Virus record (IMG/VR): IMGVR_UViG_3300033156_000392
Coordinates: 1 to 64,000 of that record
Length of the DNA stretch: 64,000 nt
Source: a virus
Reading direction: 5' to 3' (one strand)
The translations under genes were made by a program, and so were the position numbers. This document shows, piece by piece, positions 25,763 through 36,587 of the stretch. The notes below the pieces were generated by a model. The model was not told the DNA's origin. It saw nothing but the letters and a program-made list of their open reading frames with translations, and did not search any database. Numbering within the stretch: the first letter of the stretch is position 1; every line of letters starts with the position of its first letter.

Positions 25763-27355
25763 ATGCCTTTTCGGATAGTCGTCGTCAATGCGTCTGGATA
25801 CGGAAACGCAGGTGACGATGCTCTGAACGAGGCTATTTTTTCCTACTTAAGAGAGCAGTTTCCAAGAGACTTTGTGGAGATAGAGAGGAAACACCCTGCT
25901 GATCCCTTGCCGGACTGTGACTTTCTCATCATAGGTGGAGGAGGACTGATATACGAGGAGCCCTTTGCCAACGTGGAGAACTACACCGGATACGCCTTTG
26001 AGGCGAAGAAGAGAGGAGTTCCATACTGCTACTTCGGCATAGGTGTCCAGTCTCCCATCAGGAAGTCGAGAGCGGTAGAAGCGTACAGAAAGGCTCTCTC
26101 CTCTGCCTTATTTGTCTCAGTAAGGAATCCTCACAGCCTGAATAGGCTAAAGGAGATAGGAATTCACTCCTTTCTTGGAGAGGACACTGGATGGCTCCTG
26201 AATCTCGGAAATAAGGGAGTAGAGAGCTCCAACGGTGTAAGAGTGGGTCTAGCGGCTAGAAACTTTCCGGAAGCAGAGTCTATAATGGAGAAGCATCTGA
26301 GGGGAATCGTCTCTTCTCTGAAAGGATACGACCTTCTTCTCTTCTCTCAGTCAAGAGTAGACGATGACGAGGTGATGGAGAGGCTCTCCGAGGAGCTCGG
26401 TGCCCCTCTCTTCAAGTACTCCGAGATGGAGGGGAGGCCGAGTGACTTTTTCTCTCTCCTGGGGAGCGTCGACGTCTTGGTTTCTTCTAGATTCCACTCC
26501 GCCCTCTACGCTCTGAAGATGGGTGTTCCCGTGGTCGGGATGACTGGTGGAGGAGGGAAGCTCTTCTCGCTCCTCTCGAGAGTCGGACTCGACGACTACA
26601 TGGTCAGGAAGACGGAGACGGAGAGAGTGGGTGAGAAAGTGGAGAAGATGCTGAGAGAGAGGAGCACCGCCAGACAGAGAATTGCTTCTTCTCTCCCTCT
26701 TCTCATGGAGAAGTGTAGAGAGAACTATCGTCTTCTGATGGAGTATTTGTATCCCTCGTATTTGGAGAAGGCGTACTCGTCCTCGTACTATAACGAGAGG
26801 AGCACCGGATGGTCTGGAGGATACAGGGAGGAGAGCCTGAGAGGAGCTATGGAGAGCTTCCTGGACGAGTGCAGAGAGAAGGGAATGCACCCGGAAGGTA
26901 AGACTCTGGTGGTGGGGTGTGCCAAAGGACTGATGGTCAAGATCCTGAAGGAGAGAGGTGTGGAAGCGACTGGTGTGGAAGTCTCTGCCGACGCTGTCAG
27001 AGAGAAAATGACGGAGCGGGTCGTGCAGGGGAGTATTCTCTCCGTTCCCTTCGGAGACTCGTCTTTCTCATGCACCGTCTGCTCAGACGTCTTGGAGCAT
27101 GTCCCAAGAGTCTTCTTACAGAGAGCTCTGGGTGAGCTTTCAAGAGTGACGGAGAGCTTGGTTATAGTCAAAGTCCCTGGGCCCAGAGTCACCTTTGATC
27201 CTACTCACATTTCCCTCTTTGACAGAGACGAGTGGCTCTCTCTTCTATCATCTAAGTTCTTCCTCCTGGGAGAGACGGAGTGGGCAGGGAACTTTGTCTT
27301 CTTTTTAAAGCCCAGAAAGGTTTTATACCACCCGGGGAGAGCTTTAGAGAGGTAG
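25763..27355 (+). CDS. Polysaccharide pyruvyltransferase-like domain fused to a class I SAM methyltransferase
   Basis: GYGNAGDD, IGGGGLI, SVRN, SSRFHS; then LVVGCAKG, GVEVS, SDVLEHV. Confidence 0.85.
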   Translation: MPFRIVVVNASGYGNAGDDALNEAIFSYLREQFPRDFVEIERKHPADPLPDCDFLIIGGGGLIYEEPFANVENYTGYAFEAKKRGVPYCYFGIGVQSPIRKSRAVEAYRKALSSALFVSVRNPHSLNRLKEIGIHSFLGEDTGWLLNLGNKGVESSNGVRVGLAARNFPEAESIMEKHLRGIVSSLKGYDLLLFSQSRVDDDEVMERLSEELGAPLFKYSEMEGRPSDFFSLLGSVDVLVSSRFHSALYALKMGVPVVGMTGGGGKLFSLLSRVGLDDYMVRKTETERVGEKVEKMLRERSTARQRIASSLPLLMEKCRENYRLLMEYLYPSYLEKAYSSSYYNERSTGWSGGYREESLRGAMESFLDECREKGMHPEGKTLVVGCAKGLMVKILKERGVEATGVEVSADAVREKMTERVVQGSILSVPFGDSSFSCTVCSDVLEHVPRVFLQRALGELSRVTESLVIVKVPGPRVTFDPTHISLFDRDEWLSLLSSKFFLLGETEWAGNFVFFLKPRKVLYHPGRALER

Positions 27356-27356
27356 A

Positions 27357-28337
27357 ATGAGAGACTCTGAGATCAAGAAAGTCCTTCTCCGCTACCAGAA
27401 GGAGCTCATGTCCTATCCGAACGTGGTGGGAGTCTGTGTGGCAAGGAAGGTGGTGAGGGGAAAGAGGACGAGAGAAAAAGCCATCCAGGTTCTGGTGAGA
27501 GAGAAAGTCCCCGAGAAGTACCTGAGACCAGCACATGTTCTCCCGAAGAGGGTGGAGGAGGTGCAGACGGACGTTCTGGAGGTGGGTGAGATAAGAGCTC
27601 TTGGTCTCAGCGTCAGACCGTACTTGGAGAGAAAGAGAAAGTACAGACCCGTCGTCGGTGGAGTCTCGTGTGGGAATCCGTACATCACGGCTGGAACTCT
27701 TGGAGGATTCGTGGAGAAAGGAGGAAAGACATACATTCTCTCGAACTGGCACGTCCTTGGAGACGGTGCGAAGAAAGGGGATCCTATCCTGCAGCCTGGG
27801 AGATACGACTCTGGGACTCTTGCTGACGAAGTAGCCGTCCTGTCGGAGAAGATAGACGTGAGAACGAGGAGAGGACTTCTCTCTCTGATTCTCAGAAGGA
27901 AGGTGGAGAACAGGATAGACGCTTCCATAGCCGAGATGGTTACAGAGTACGATCCTAAGATTCTTGAGATAGGGTATCTGACGTCCGATCCTGTGAGAGC
28001 CAGAATAGGCGACAAAGTCCGGAAGTCCGGGAGAACCACTGGATACACGGAGGGAGAGGTGCTGTCAGACTCAGCCACCGTGAGAGTGAGCTATGACGAC
28101 GGTACGGCTCTCTTCACTGAGCAGATAATGACCTCTCCCATCCTGAAGCCTGGAGACTCAGGCTCATGGCTGGTGAGGGGGAAGAGCGTCTGTGGCTTGT
28201 GCTTTGCAGGATCTGACAGAGTGGGTCTCGCTAATCATGTCTCTGACGTCTTCACTGCCTTCAAGATAGAGAGAGTAGCTACTGGAGCGGACGTCCCAAA
28301 GAGGAGAAGAGTCGATCTCAGATTCTGTCCAGAGTGA
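27357..28337 (+). CDS. Trypsin-like (Nal1-type) serine protease
   Basis: AGTLG, LSNWHV, LQPG, DASIA, KSGRTTG, PGDSGS. Confidence 0.85.
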   Translation: MRDSEIKKVLLRYQKELMSYPNVVGVCVARKVVRGKRTREKAIQVLVREKVPEKYLRPAHVLPKRVEEVQTDVLEVGEIRALGLSVRPYLERKRKYRPVVGGVSCGNPYITAGTLGGFVEKGGKTYILSNWHVLGDGAKKGDPILQPGRYDSGTLADEVAVLSEKIDVRTRRGLLSLILRRKVENRIDASIAEMVTEYDPKILEIGYLTSDPVRARIGDKVRKSGRTTGYTEGEVLSDSATVRVSYDDGTALFTEQIMTSPILKPGDSGSWLVRGKSVCGLCFAGSDRVGLANHVSDVFTAFKIERVATGADVPKRRRVDLRFCPE

Positions 28338-28830
28338 GGTACTTCTCGCTCGCTCTTATCTCTCTCACCATCCTCTGGAGCTCATGAGAGAGGAGCTCTG
28401 CCTTGTGTACGGGTAGAAAGAGAGTTTCTCTCCCCACCCCTATCTTTATTCCTGTGTCGAGCTTGGTGACCGTCACTATCTTTGTAAGTGCTTTCCCTTC
28501 CTTGTAGAAGACTCCTCTGTACTTCTTCCTGTCCCTATCATCTCTCTTCTTAGGTTTCTTCGGAAGCATCTTCACCACCGGAGGAGAGGAGGTGTGTAGC
28601 CAGTGCTCCAAACACCTCTTTCTCTATCTTCTCCCAGCACTCCTCACACATTCTGATCTCCATGCTCAGGGACTTTCCCTCCAGAAGGACTCTGACCGTT
28701 CCTTGCTTCCCACACTTGCACTTGAACGCCCTGTTCTCGGTGTCAGCAAGCTTCCATTTGACGTCTGTAGACCAAGAATACCAAGGGTAGTGCTCGTAGG
28801 TGGTAGAGGGAATGTCTGTGCTCTCAGAAG

Positions 28831-29730
28831 TCATTTTTTACTCCTCCTCAGAGGCTTGTACACGCTTTGGAGCCAGTTACTCTTCAAGGGTAACACACGT
28901 ATCTTGTGGTGAGCCTTCCCAAGGTCGTTTTCTTTCGGAAAGAGAACCCATCTTGGTGTCCTAGCTATGTTCTGCATCTTCTCATAGACTCTAAGGAGTA
29001 CTCTCCTGTCTCCTTTTCCGTTATTCTCCTTGATATAGTCTTTTATCTGGTGTTTAAGGTCTATGAAGAGTCTTCTTGCGTATAACCACTTGTTAACACC
29101 TCTGATCAGTAAAATCTCCCTTACTAGCTCCTCTTCCTCCGTACTGAGAGAAAAGAGATCGGATATGTCTCTCACGACCAGCTCGGGGTGGTTCTGGGCG
29201 TAGCTGTCTATGGTGGAGGGAGAGGCTCTCGACAGCTCGTCAAGAACTCTCTTTCTCCTGTAAACTATGCTTTCTATTTTCTTCTCTATCTCACTGTCTT
29301 CCTTCTTCAAGTCTTCTGAAGTGAGGATGAGAACGCTCAGACCGAGTCTTGAGAGCCATTTCTGCCTCCTTCTGTCTTTCTCCTCTGCGTCTCCAAGTCT
29401 ATGCCATATCTTTGGTGAAACTTCTATCACGAGTCTCCAGTAGGGGAGAAGAAAGTCGAGAGAGTAGTATCCAGTCTGTTTCTCGTTCTGTATCTTGAAG
29501 TTGTGGTAGAAGTCCTCCCCTTCCACCAGACCCATTCTCTCTAGTATTCTCTTTATTCTCTTCTCCTCGGAGCTCCACTTCCCGTTCCGTTCGAAGCGGT
29601 GCATCACCTCCCCACACAGAACTCTGAAGTTTGCTCTCTTGATTCTCCCTTTCTTGACGTCTTCTATCACTCTCTTCTCCAGACGTCTGATTCTCTCTCT
29701 CAGCCTCTGAATCTCTTTTTCTTTCTTCAT
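28831..29730 (-). CDS. DUF559/Vsr-like endonuclease domain protein
   Basis: SSEEKRI...YSLDFLL...LVIEV...WH...KDRRRQKWLSRLGLSVL. Confidence 0.7.
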   Translation of the reverse strand: MKKEKEIQRLRERIRRLEKRVIEDVKKGRIKRANFRVLCGEVMHRFERNGKWSSEEKRIKRILERMGLVEGEDFYHNFKIQNEKQTGYYSLDFLLPYWRLVIEVSPKIWHRLGDAEEKDRRRQKWLSRLGLSVLILTSEDLKKEDSEIEKKIESIVYRRKRVLDELSRASPSTIDSYAQNHPELVVRDISDLFSLSTEEEELVREILLIRGVNKWLYARRLFIDLKHQIKDYIKENNGKGDRRVLLRVYEKMQNIARTPRWVLFPKENDLGKAHHKIRVLPLKSNWLQSVYKPLRRSKK

Positions 29731-29858
29731 TCAGCCTTCACCCTCTTCACTCTCTCCTCTCTCGTCTTCCAGAATATCCTTCCCCCACAGTAGGGACATA
29801 TGGGCTTCTCGAGCTTCTCGAACTTTCTCCAGCATCTTTCACACTTGTACACCTTCAT
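29727..29858 (-). CDS. RNA polymerase subunit Rpo12 (RpoP)-like zinc ribbon, 43 aa (not in ORF track)
   Basis: MKVYKCERCWRKFEKLEKPICPYCGGRIFWKTREERVKRVKAE; RBS GAGGAGG; coupled to the next gene. Confidence 0.7.
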   Translation of the reverse strand: MKVYKCERCWRKFEKLEKPICPYCGGRIFWKTREERVKRVKAE

Positions 29859-30688
29859 CCCTCCTCCTCACAGAAGTCTAAAAAAATAGTTACTTTAGGA
29901 GTGTCTGTGTCACTTTTCATGAGTAACATTCTTCTGTTCTTGGACTTTGTCACTTCGTCACTCTCCCAAGTTTCTTTTTTTTCACCCAGTTTTTAAGTCT
30001 AGTGATTGTTTATAAACTCTTGAAGAGTTCTCTGAGGTAGGAGAGCCTGAACCTCCGTTCCTTTCCACAGTGTGAGCAGTAGAGAAGAGTCGTCTTTCCG
30101 TTTCCTTCTTTCAGAGTCTCTTCTCTCGTCAGAATGTTGGTCGAGACTCTCATGCATCTCTTGCATACCCACTTCAGAGCTATCATGTTTTTCATATCTA
30201 CTCCTCCCTTTTTCCTTTATCCGAGGACCAGAACGAAACGTACTTCCATCCTTTCTTCAGAAGCTTGGAGAGATTTACCTCCGTTTCCCACTTCAGCTCG
30301 ACATCGTATCCGTATTTCTTGAAGATGTAGAGGACGAGATAGGGCTCTCTCAGCCACTCATCTCCGAGAGGCCAGAGATTGTCGGCTATGAGAAGAAGGG
30401 TCTTCAAGTCAGTCATAGTCAGATCCTTGTACTTCTTCTCCATCACGTCCAGTGCATCTTCGGAGGCTCTTTCGAAGGTGGAGAAGGAGTTCAGGACTCT
30501 CTCCCACTCTTCTTCCTCAATATGGATGTTTCCGAGATCCCATACCAGTTTCAGAGTGGGAACCAAGAGGTACTGATGAGTGCTCATGCTTCATGCACCT
30601 CGTCCTCAAAGGACGAACTCTGTTCTCTTGCTTCTGTCTTCTCCATCGGGTAAACCTCTCCCAAGAGTAATAAAAGGGTTGTGGTTGT

Positions 30689-31249
30689 TTATAAACTGGG
30701 AAAGGACCATACGTCGGAATAACGGAGAAAGAGAGTCGTATAGTAGAGAGCGTCGTCCAGAGCTCTGTGTCTTCTTCCTTGCATCGGTACTTCTCGGTAG
30801 ACAACACTGTTTATTTCTCTCGGTCTTACTCCTCTTGACGAGGCCAGCTGGTGCTTCAGACTTATGTGTCTATCCAAGAGGCGAAGAATGGATCCCTCAT
30901 ATCCTTTCATCTTTGCTTCTCGGAGAATTTGTTTCTTGTCATAGAAGCCCCAAGAGCACATGACGGTTTTCTCTTTCCCTATCCATTTCTCGAACTCTTG
31001 CATGGCCTCGTGGAATACTTTTCCTCCGTCCACGTCCTTCTGCTCTATGCCAGTGAGCCTAGTGCAGTACTCGGAAAGTACCGGATTGAGAACTGGTCTG
31101 ACTAGGAGATTGAAGGTGTCCGCTCGCTCTGGTGGAGAGCCCAGCACTCTCACGGCTCCTATCTCTATGATTTCGCTGCTGTGCCTTTGTTTTTCTTTAT
31201 CCGCCCAGCACGTCGCCTCCAGATCGAATATTATGTACTGTGTCATCAT
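30689..31249 (-). CDS. DEDDh 3'-5' exonuclease (ERI1/KapD-like)
   Basis: FDLEATC, EIIEIGAV, WGFYD, HRALDDA. Confidence 0.9.
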   Translation of the reverse strand: MMTQYIIFDLEATCWADKEKQRHSSEIIEIGAVRVLGSPPERADTFNLLVRPVLNPVLSEYCTRLTGIEQKDVDGGKVFHEAMQEFEKWIGKEKTVMCSWGFYDKKQILREAKMKGYEGSILRLLDRHISLKHQLASSRGVRPREINSVVYREVPMQGRRHRALDDALYYTTLFLRYSDVWSFPSL

Positions 31250-33076
31250 ATCACCTTTTGGTTCGGACCTGTATAAAACAGTGTCTGAAGATTTATAAAC
31301 TTCTCTCTTTTTCTCTTCTAAGGAGAGAGGCTATCCTGTCGCAGATAGTACAGGGCAGGAGTCCTCTCTTTTTCCCTTCCTTGTTCAGAGACTCGTATCC
31401 GTGCTCAATGAGAGCGGCCATGTGAGAGAATTCTACCGAGTCAAGCTTCAGGACGTAGTTCCCGAACAGAGTTCTTTTTATCTTCATGTCCTCACTTCAA
31501 GACTTTTTCTTGCCTCCCTCATACTTGAGTCTTAGAAGAGCGTTGGTCAGCTGGAAAACTATTCTGTTTCTCTCCTTCCAGCTCTCAGAGAGGAGAAGGA
31601 GTTCGAGAAGCTCGTGCACCAGGACTCTCTCGTTTGACGCCCCCACGATAAAGTGTCTCTCGTTCACTCCCTCTCTGACGTACCCCTCCCAGCCCTCTGT
31701 TCTCTCAAGCTCCACTCCGAGATCACAGAGCCCGAGTCTGTGCTGCCACTCCTCAAGGAGATACATGAGCTCCTCCATCGTCACTTCTCCCTCGCTCTTC
31801 TTGCACCACTCAGGCTTGTTACTCTTGATGAGTAACTTTCTCTTTTTGGCTCTACTCATGCTCCTCTCCTCTCTTCTTCTTTTTCAGACGAACTATCTTT
31901 GAGGCTATCAGGTAGACTATGGCCGCCTTGTGCTGTATCTCTTTCTCTTCCGGCTTCCTTGGATAGCAGGTGCCCATGACGTACAGAGCACTGGCGTACG
32001 CCACTATCTTGGAGAGACCCTTAACTTTTTTCTCACTTATCTCTAAACATCTCTTGAAGAGATCTATGTTCCCTAGATAGTACAGGTTCTTTCTCTTTCT
32101 CTTGATCTCTCCCTCTCTGACCATGTCTTCCAAGAGAGTCCCGAAGTACTGACACTCTCTGTCACCACATATCCAGCACTTTCTCTTTCTCACTTTCTCA
32201 CCAGCTTGTTCCAGAACCTCTTTCCGACCTTCTTCAGGAGTCTGGCCGAGGGCTTCTTTCTCGAGACGGAGACGTATCCGTTGTACCAGCCCCACAGGTA
32301 CGTCTCTAGCAGTGTCTTGTCAATAGTGAGGAGAAGGATGGCTAGCTCTTTCTCTTCCCCGCTCTTTCTCATGCAGAGAGCACCTCCATCTTCTTGTTTC
32401 TCTCTCTGCAGTACCTTCTCAGCTCTCTCAGATAGTACGACTTGATGTCTTTCTCGATCCTTATGATCTCATCCTCCACGAAGTGAACACCCCTGACCGT
32501 GAGCACCATGAGAGTTCTGGTGTACGAGAGCTTTCTCGGTCCTCTGAACCTGGCTCTGAAGGAAACGTTTCTATTTTCCTTCTTCTCCAGGTAGGACTTT
32601 AGCTTCTTCTTGAAAGTCTTGAAGAAGCCTTTTGGACCGTACTTCATGTACAGATACACGTCTACGACAAACACTCTCAGACCTCCAGAACCGTCACTCT
32701 GTCAACGAAGAGGCGACAGGAGAGAGGAGTCGTGAAAGATCTCTTCCTTCTTCCCGTATAGACGTCCAGTGGGTGCAGGAGTTTCTCTAACATTCTCTCT
32801 CCCTCTGGGAGGACGTTTCTCTTCTCCTTCACTATCTTCATGGTGTATCCGTTGTTGACACTCGCCGTAACTAGGTAGGCAGTTCTGCAAGGAAGATCGA
32901 AGTCGATGCATACGTTCAGATAGGAAGTGGTATCGAAAGAAACTGACTTGTTCTCTCTCAGGAGAGAGCTGTACGCCTTGCTCTTCTCTCTTATCCACTT
33001 CTCTCTAGCAGTCTTAGAGCCTATCAAGAAGTAGTACTCCGCCTTGCCGTTGACCGTCACAGTCACCAGAGAGTAC

Positions 33077-33436
33077 TCACCCTTCTCCAATCTTCTGGTC
33101 ATGCAGCTCCCCCTTTCCGTGCCTTTCTCTCTTATGCTCTCTCACTTCCTCCCATGTTAAGAATTCTTTCCCACACTCTCCACATACAAAGACGCTCTCT
33201 ATGTGGAGCTTCAGAAGGTAGATGAAGTAGAGAAAGGTGAGAAGGATGAGAAAGAGAAAAGAGAATCCTAGTACGTACGCACCATTCCCGAGCATGAAGC
33301 AAGAAGCGATAAGTGAAAGGGCAAGTCCTATCGAATAGAAGAACTGAAGGCACTTCATGGGGTTTAGGATGTGGAGAAAGTCTTTTTTAAAACCTTTCCA
33401 CAGCCACTTCCAGAATCCTCTCTCCATGCTACTCAC
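33077..33436 (-). CDS. Two-TM membrane protein with C-terminal C2H2 zinc finger
   Basis: Hydrophobic pair followed by FVCGECGKEFLTWEEVREHKRERH. Confidence 0.6.
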   Translation of the reverse strand: MSSMERGFWKWLWKGFKKDFLHILNPMKCLQFFYSIGLALSLIASCFMLGNGAYVLGFSFLFLILLTFLYFIYLLKLHIESVFVCGECGKEFLTWEEVREHKRERHGKGELHDQKIGEG

Positions 33437-34818
33437 CTCCTTTCTTTGAAGTCTGGTTTCGTGACTTCTTTGCTCTCTCGCTCTTCTCTCTCACTTTCAG
33501 GAGTTCTCTGAGCATGAGCTTCCATACTTCGCAGAGAATGTAGAATTTCTTTATAAACAGTCTTTTTACGACAGAAGCTTTCTCACTGTATCCGATCACG
33601 TACACCTTTCCGTTCTTCTCTCGATAGAAGCCGACAAAGAAGATTTCCTCCGGCTCGAGAGTGACTCTGAACGTCATTTCCTTCCCTCGATCACTGACAT
33701 GTGAGCATACTTTCTTCTTTCTATTGACTCTAACTTTCGATCTCTTGGTGTTTCTCCCACTTCTTTCTGGTGGACAGATTGTAGCGGGGAGAGGACAGGA
33801 CTTCTTCTTGCATCCTTTACATCTTGAGTGTATCATTCGTTCACCTCTCTCAGCTTCTCAGCAGCTTTGCATAGCAGAAAGACTAGTGCGAAAACCGGGA
33901 GGAAGAAGTAGTATACGAAAGTCTCCCACTTTGAAGGATAGTATACTCTGAAAGGATGGTCTACGGCCAACAGACCAGCTAGGAAGTATGCCACAAGACC
34001 AGTGACGATCCAGTCGATCCAGCTCACACGTTCACCTCCTCATTTTCTTGAATGAATTTCTGAATCTTCTTATGACTCTTCATTCGCTTCCAGTGTTTTT
34101 CAAGAACTTCAAGAATTTTCGAGGCAAGATTGGCACTTCTCATATCTTTTGTTAATAAAGCGGTCGCCTGAAGTTGGGCGTAAATCAAATTCAACTCATG
34201 TAAGTTCAGTTCAATTCTCACAGTAGTTTGTTTCTGCTCATTCTCAAATTCAGATAGAAGTTTTGCATACTCCTTGCCTAACTGAAACTCTTTTTGAATT
34301 TGTTTCCAATCTTCAAGATTTATTCCATTCACCCGCTCACCTCCTCATCTTCCATCATTTGTTCAATTTCATCTTCACTGAAAGTCGTTCGGCATCGAGG
34401 ACAAATTCCTCTGCCACTCGGAAGTTGCTCGATGTATGAATTTTGGCAGTTGGGACAGATTAGAGTTAATTCAGCCATCACCGCTCACCTCCTCATCTCC
34501 TAACCTTTCCACAACTTCAACTATGAAAAACGGAACTGTTTTGTAGTGGCTTCTGAAAAATGCTTCAGCACAAAGCTTTGCGTCGTCCAAATTATCATAC
34601 GCTCCTATCAGTTCTAAAGAGGTGCATTTTGAACAAGTTTCTTTGACAACCCAATATTTCCGTTTTATGAGTTCACTCACGACGGTTCACCTCTTCGTAG
34701 TCCATACACTCACCTTCGTCGTTTATAGTAATTACACGTTTCTCACAGAATTTCCTCTCTCCAGTGAGTGATAGAGCAGTTCTGTGTACACACTTTTCTC
34801 GATAGCATCTGATACTCG

Positions 34819-35340
34819 TCATTTCTCAACCTCCACTACCTTTACCTTGTCAGCCCAATCAAGACACATCCCCATCTTGAAGGCTTCTTCGAGAATCTTC
34901 TGAATAGTCGCTGGAGCAACAAAGCTCATGAAGATCCTGAACTTCTCCTCATCGGAGCGTAGGAACTTGTCAGTGAACTGTCTCGCCTCTATCTCCAGCT
35001 GTCTGACGTAGGATGTGGAGTATCTTCCCTTTCGTTCTTTTCTCTCTGTCCTCTTGACTTCGTGGATGTAGCCCCAGTCGCTCTCTCTCATACCGAGTTC
35101 TCGGATAGCCTCTTTCCATTCTCTCAAAGACTTGAAACCGGAGTCTTTCACGAACAGATGGAGCATAGAGGGACTTGCCTCCGTCCTCCAAACGACCTCG
35201 ATGTCACATATCTTTTTCCCTCCTCTCCTGTCAGTCGCCCAGTCTCTTCCGTACTTGTGGGGCTTCTTTCTGAACGTGTAGACCACACCCTTCTCGAGGA
35301 GCTGTCTTCTGGCTTTCTCGTTCTGGAATATCATCACCAT
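34819..35340 (-). CDS. ASCH/PUA-like domain protein
   Basis: LLEKGVVYTFRK...DSGFKSLREW pattern. Confidence 0.5.
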   Translation of the reverse strand: MVMIFQNEKARRQLLEKGVVYTFRKKPHKYGRDWATDRRGGKKICDIEVVWRTEASPSMLHLFVKDSGFKSLREWKEAIRELGMRESDWGYIHEVKRTERKERKGRYSTSYVRQLEIEARQFTDKFLRSDEEKFRIFMSFVAPATIQKILEEAFKMGMCLDWADKVKVVEVEK

Positions 35341-35563
35341 TTGTCACTACCTCCTCTCACCGATCACGACTGTTATTTCTTCACCGTTCTTTACTGGAAA
35401 GTTGTTCTTTTCCACGAAGGCAGTCCATTCCTTCGTTTCTTTCGACCAAAAGAAGTTCACAAGTCTCTTTGCCAGTTCCTTCCTGTATTCAATCGGTATT
35501 CTCCCACTGAACTCGAGAACCACTTTTATTTGAAGCTTATTGTGATCCATGAGAGTACCTCCT

Positions 35564-35749
35564 TCAATCAACTCCGAGGAGTGACTTTAGTACCTGGAAG
35601 AGAATTACTATCGTCTCGTCTCTGTCTATCTCCACACTCGTTCTCTCTCCTTCGTCTTTCAGTACGATGGAGTAGCAGATTCCTCTCTCCGGTCCTCCAT
35701 AGAAGCGGTGTATTTCTATTTTGTCGGTATCGTACACCTTCATCTTCAT
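35564..35749 (-). CDS. Hypothetical protein, paralogue A (RFxGG..RG.CYS)
   Basis: Similar to 37032-37235. Confidence 0.6.
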   Translation of the reverse strand: MKMKVYDTDKIEIHRFYGGPERGICYSIVLKDEGERTSVEIDRDETIVILFQVLKSLLGVD

Positions 35750-35891
35750 CAGACTCTATTACTCACATGGTTTTATAAGCGTATTCAAAGTTTATAAACA
35801 AGGAGAAGTGTTATAAGGCGTTATGCTTTCTTTCTCTCTCCCCTGAAAAGTATTTAAGGACTGAATCAAGAAGTTAGAGAGGTGAGTACAA

Positions 35892-36197
35892 GTGCCAAAG
35901 AACGACATTCTCGCCTGGGACAGAAAGTCTGGAGCGGGAAGCATAACGGCTTCTGTGAACTGCTTGGACGTCACCAACAACCGAGTCTTTCCCCATCTTG
36001 AGGTCTTTGTAGCTTCTACCACGGCTAACGACTTCTACGTCGAGTGCTCCACCGACAACAGTGTCTGGAGACTGGCTGAGACCATATCTGTGTCTGGTAC
36101 GTCTGAGATGAGAGGATACTTGAACGCCTACCCGTTCGTAAGAGTCAGATCTGGGAGTCAGGGAACCAACGAGGTGGAAGTCGTAGCCTCGGGGTGA
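35892..36197 (+). CDS. Putative virion accessory protein
   Basis: Beta-rich; first gene of a + cassette with TATA (TATTTAAG near 35851) and RBS. Confidence 0.55.
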   Translation: MPKNDILAWDRKSGAGSITASVNCLDVTNNRVFPHLEVFVASTTANDFYVECSTDNSVWRLAETISVSGTSEMRGYLNAYPFVRVRSGSQGTNEVEVVASG

Positions 36198-36201
36198 TGC
36201 T

Positions 36202-36576
36202 TTGCCGTTTAGCTTCATAAGGAGAAGAGGAGACAAGATAGTGGGACAGATAGAGATGGTCACCACTGACCCAGTGATACAGATGACGAACGATGACGGA
36301 GTCTCTGGTGGCATAGCAGTCACCTCTGAAGGGTTCAACATGAGCTCTGGAGACACTTCTGTCCAAGTCTCTGAAGATGGTCCAGTCCTGCTCACTCCCG
36401 CTCCAAGTTATGGGATCAAGTTCGACACGTCTGGTACTATGCCGACTGCTGAAGAAACGTACAGAGGGCAGCTCTTCATAGTCTACGATGACCAGCCTGA
36501 GGGAAAAGACAGAGTGTACATTTGCCTGAAGTCTGCATCTGACAACTTCAACTGGGTCGAGATAGCAAGAGGATAG
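36202..36576 (+). CDS. Putative fibre/adhesin-type protein
   Basis: MPTAEETYRGQLFIV...RVYICLK...NWVEI resembles LPSTGRPGEVYY...LYVYK...AWTEI in the tail tip protein. Confidence 0.55.
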   Translation: MPFSFIRRRGDKIVGQIEMVTTDPVIQMTNDDGVSGGIAVTSEGFNMSSGDTSVQVSEDGPVLLTPAPSYGIKFDTSGTMPTAEETYRGQLFIVYDDQPEGKDRVYICLKSASDNFNWVEIARG

Positions 36577-36587
36577 GAGGTGTTAGG

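Noticed and set aside
28831-29730. Restriction-modification system
   Set aside because: No DNA methyltransferase motifs nearby; the only methyltransferase domain is a small-molecule type fused to the pyruvyltransferase.
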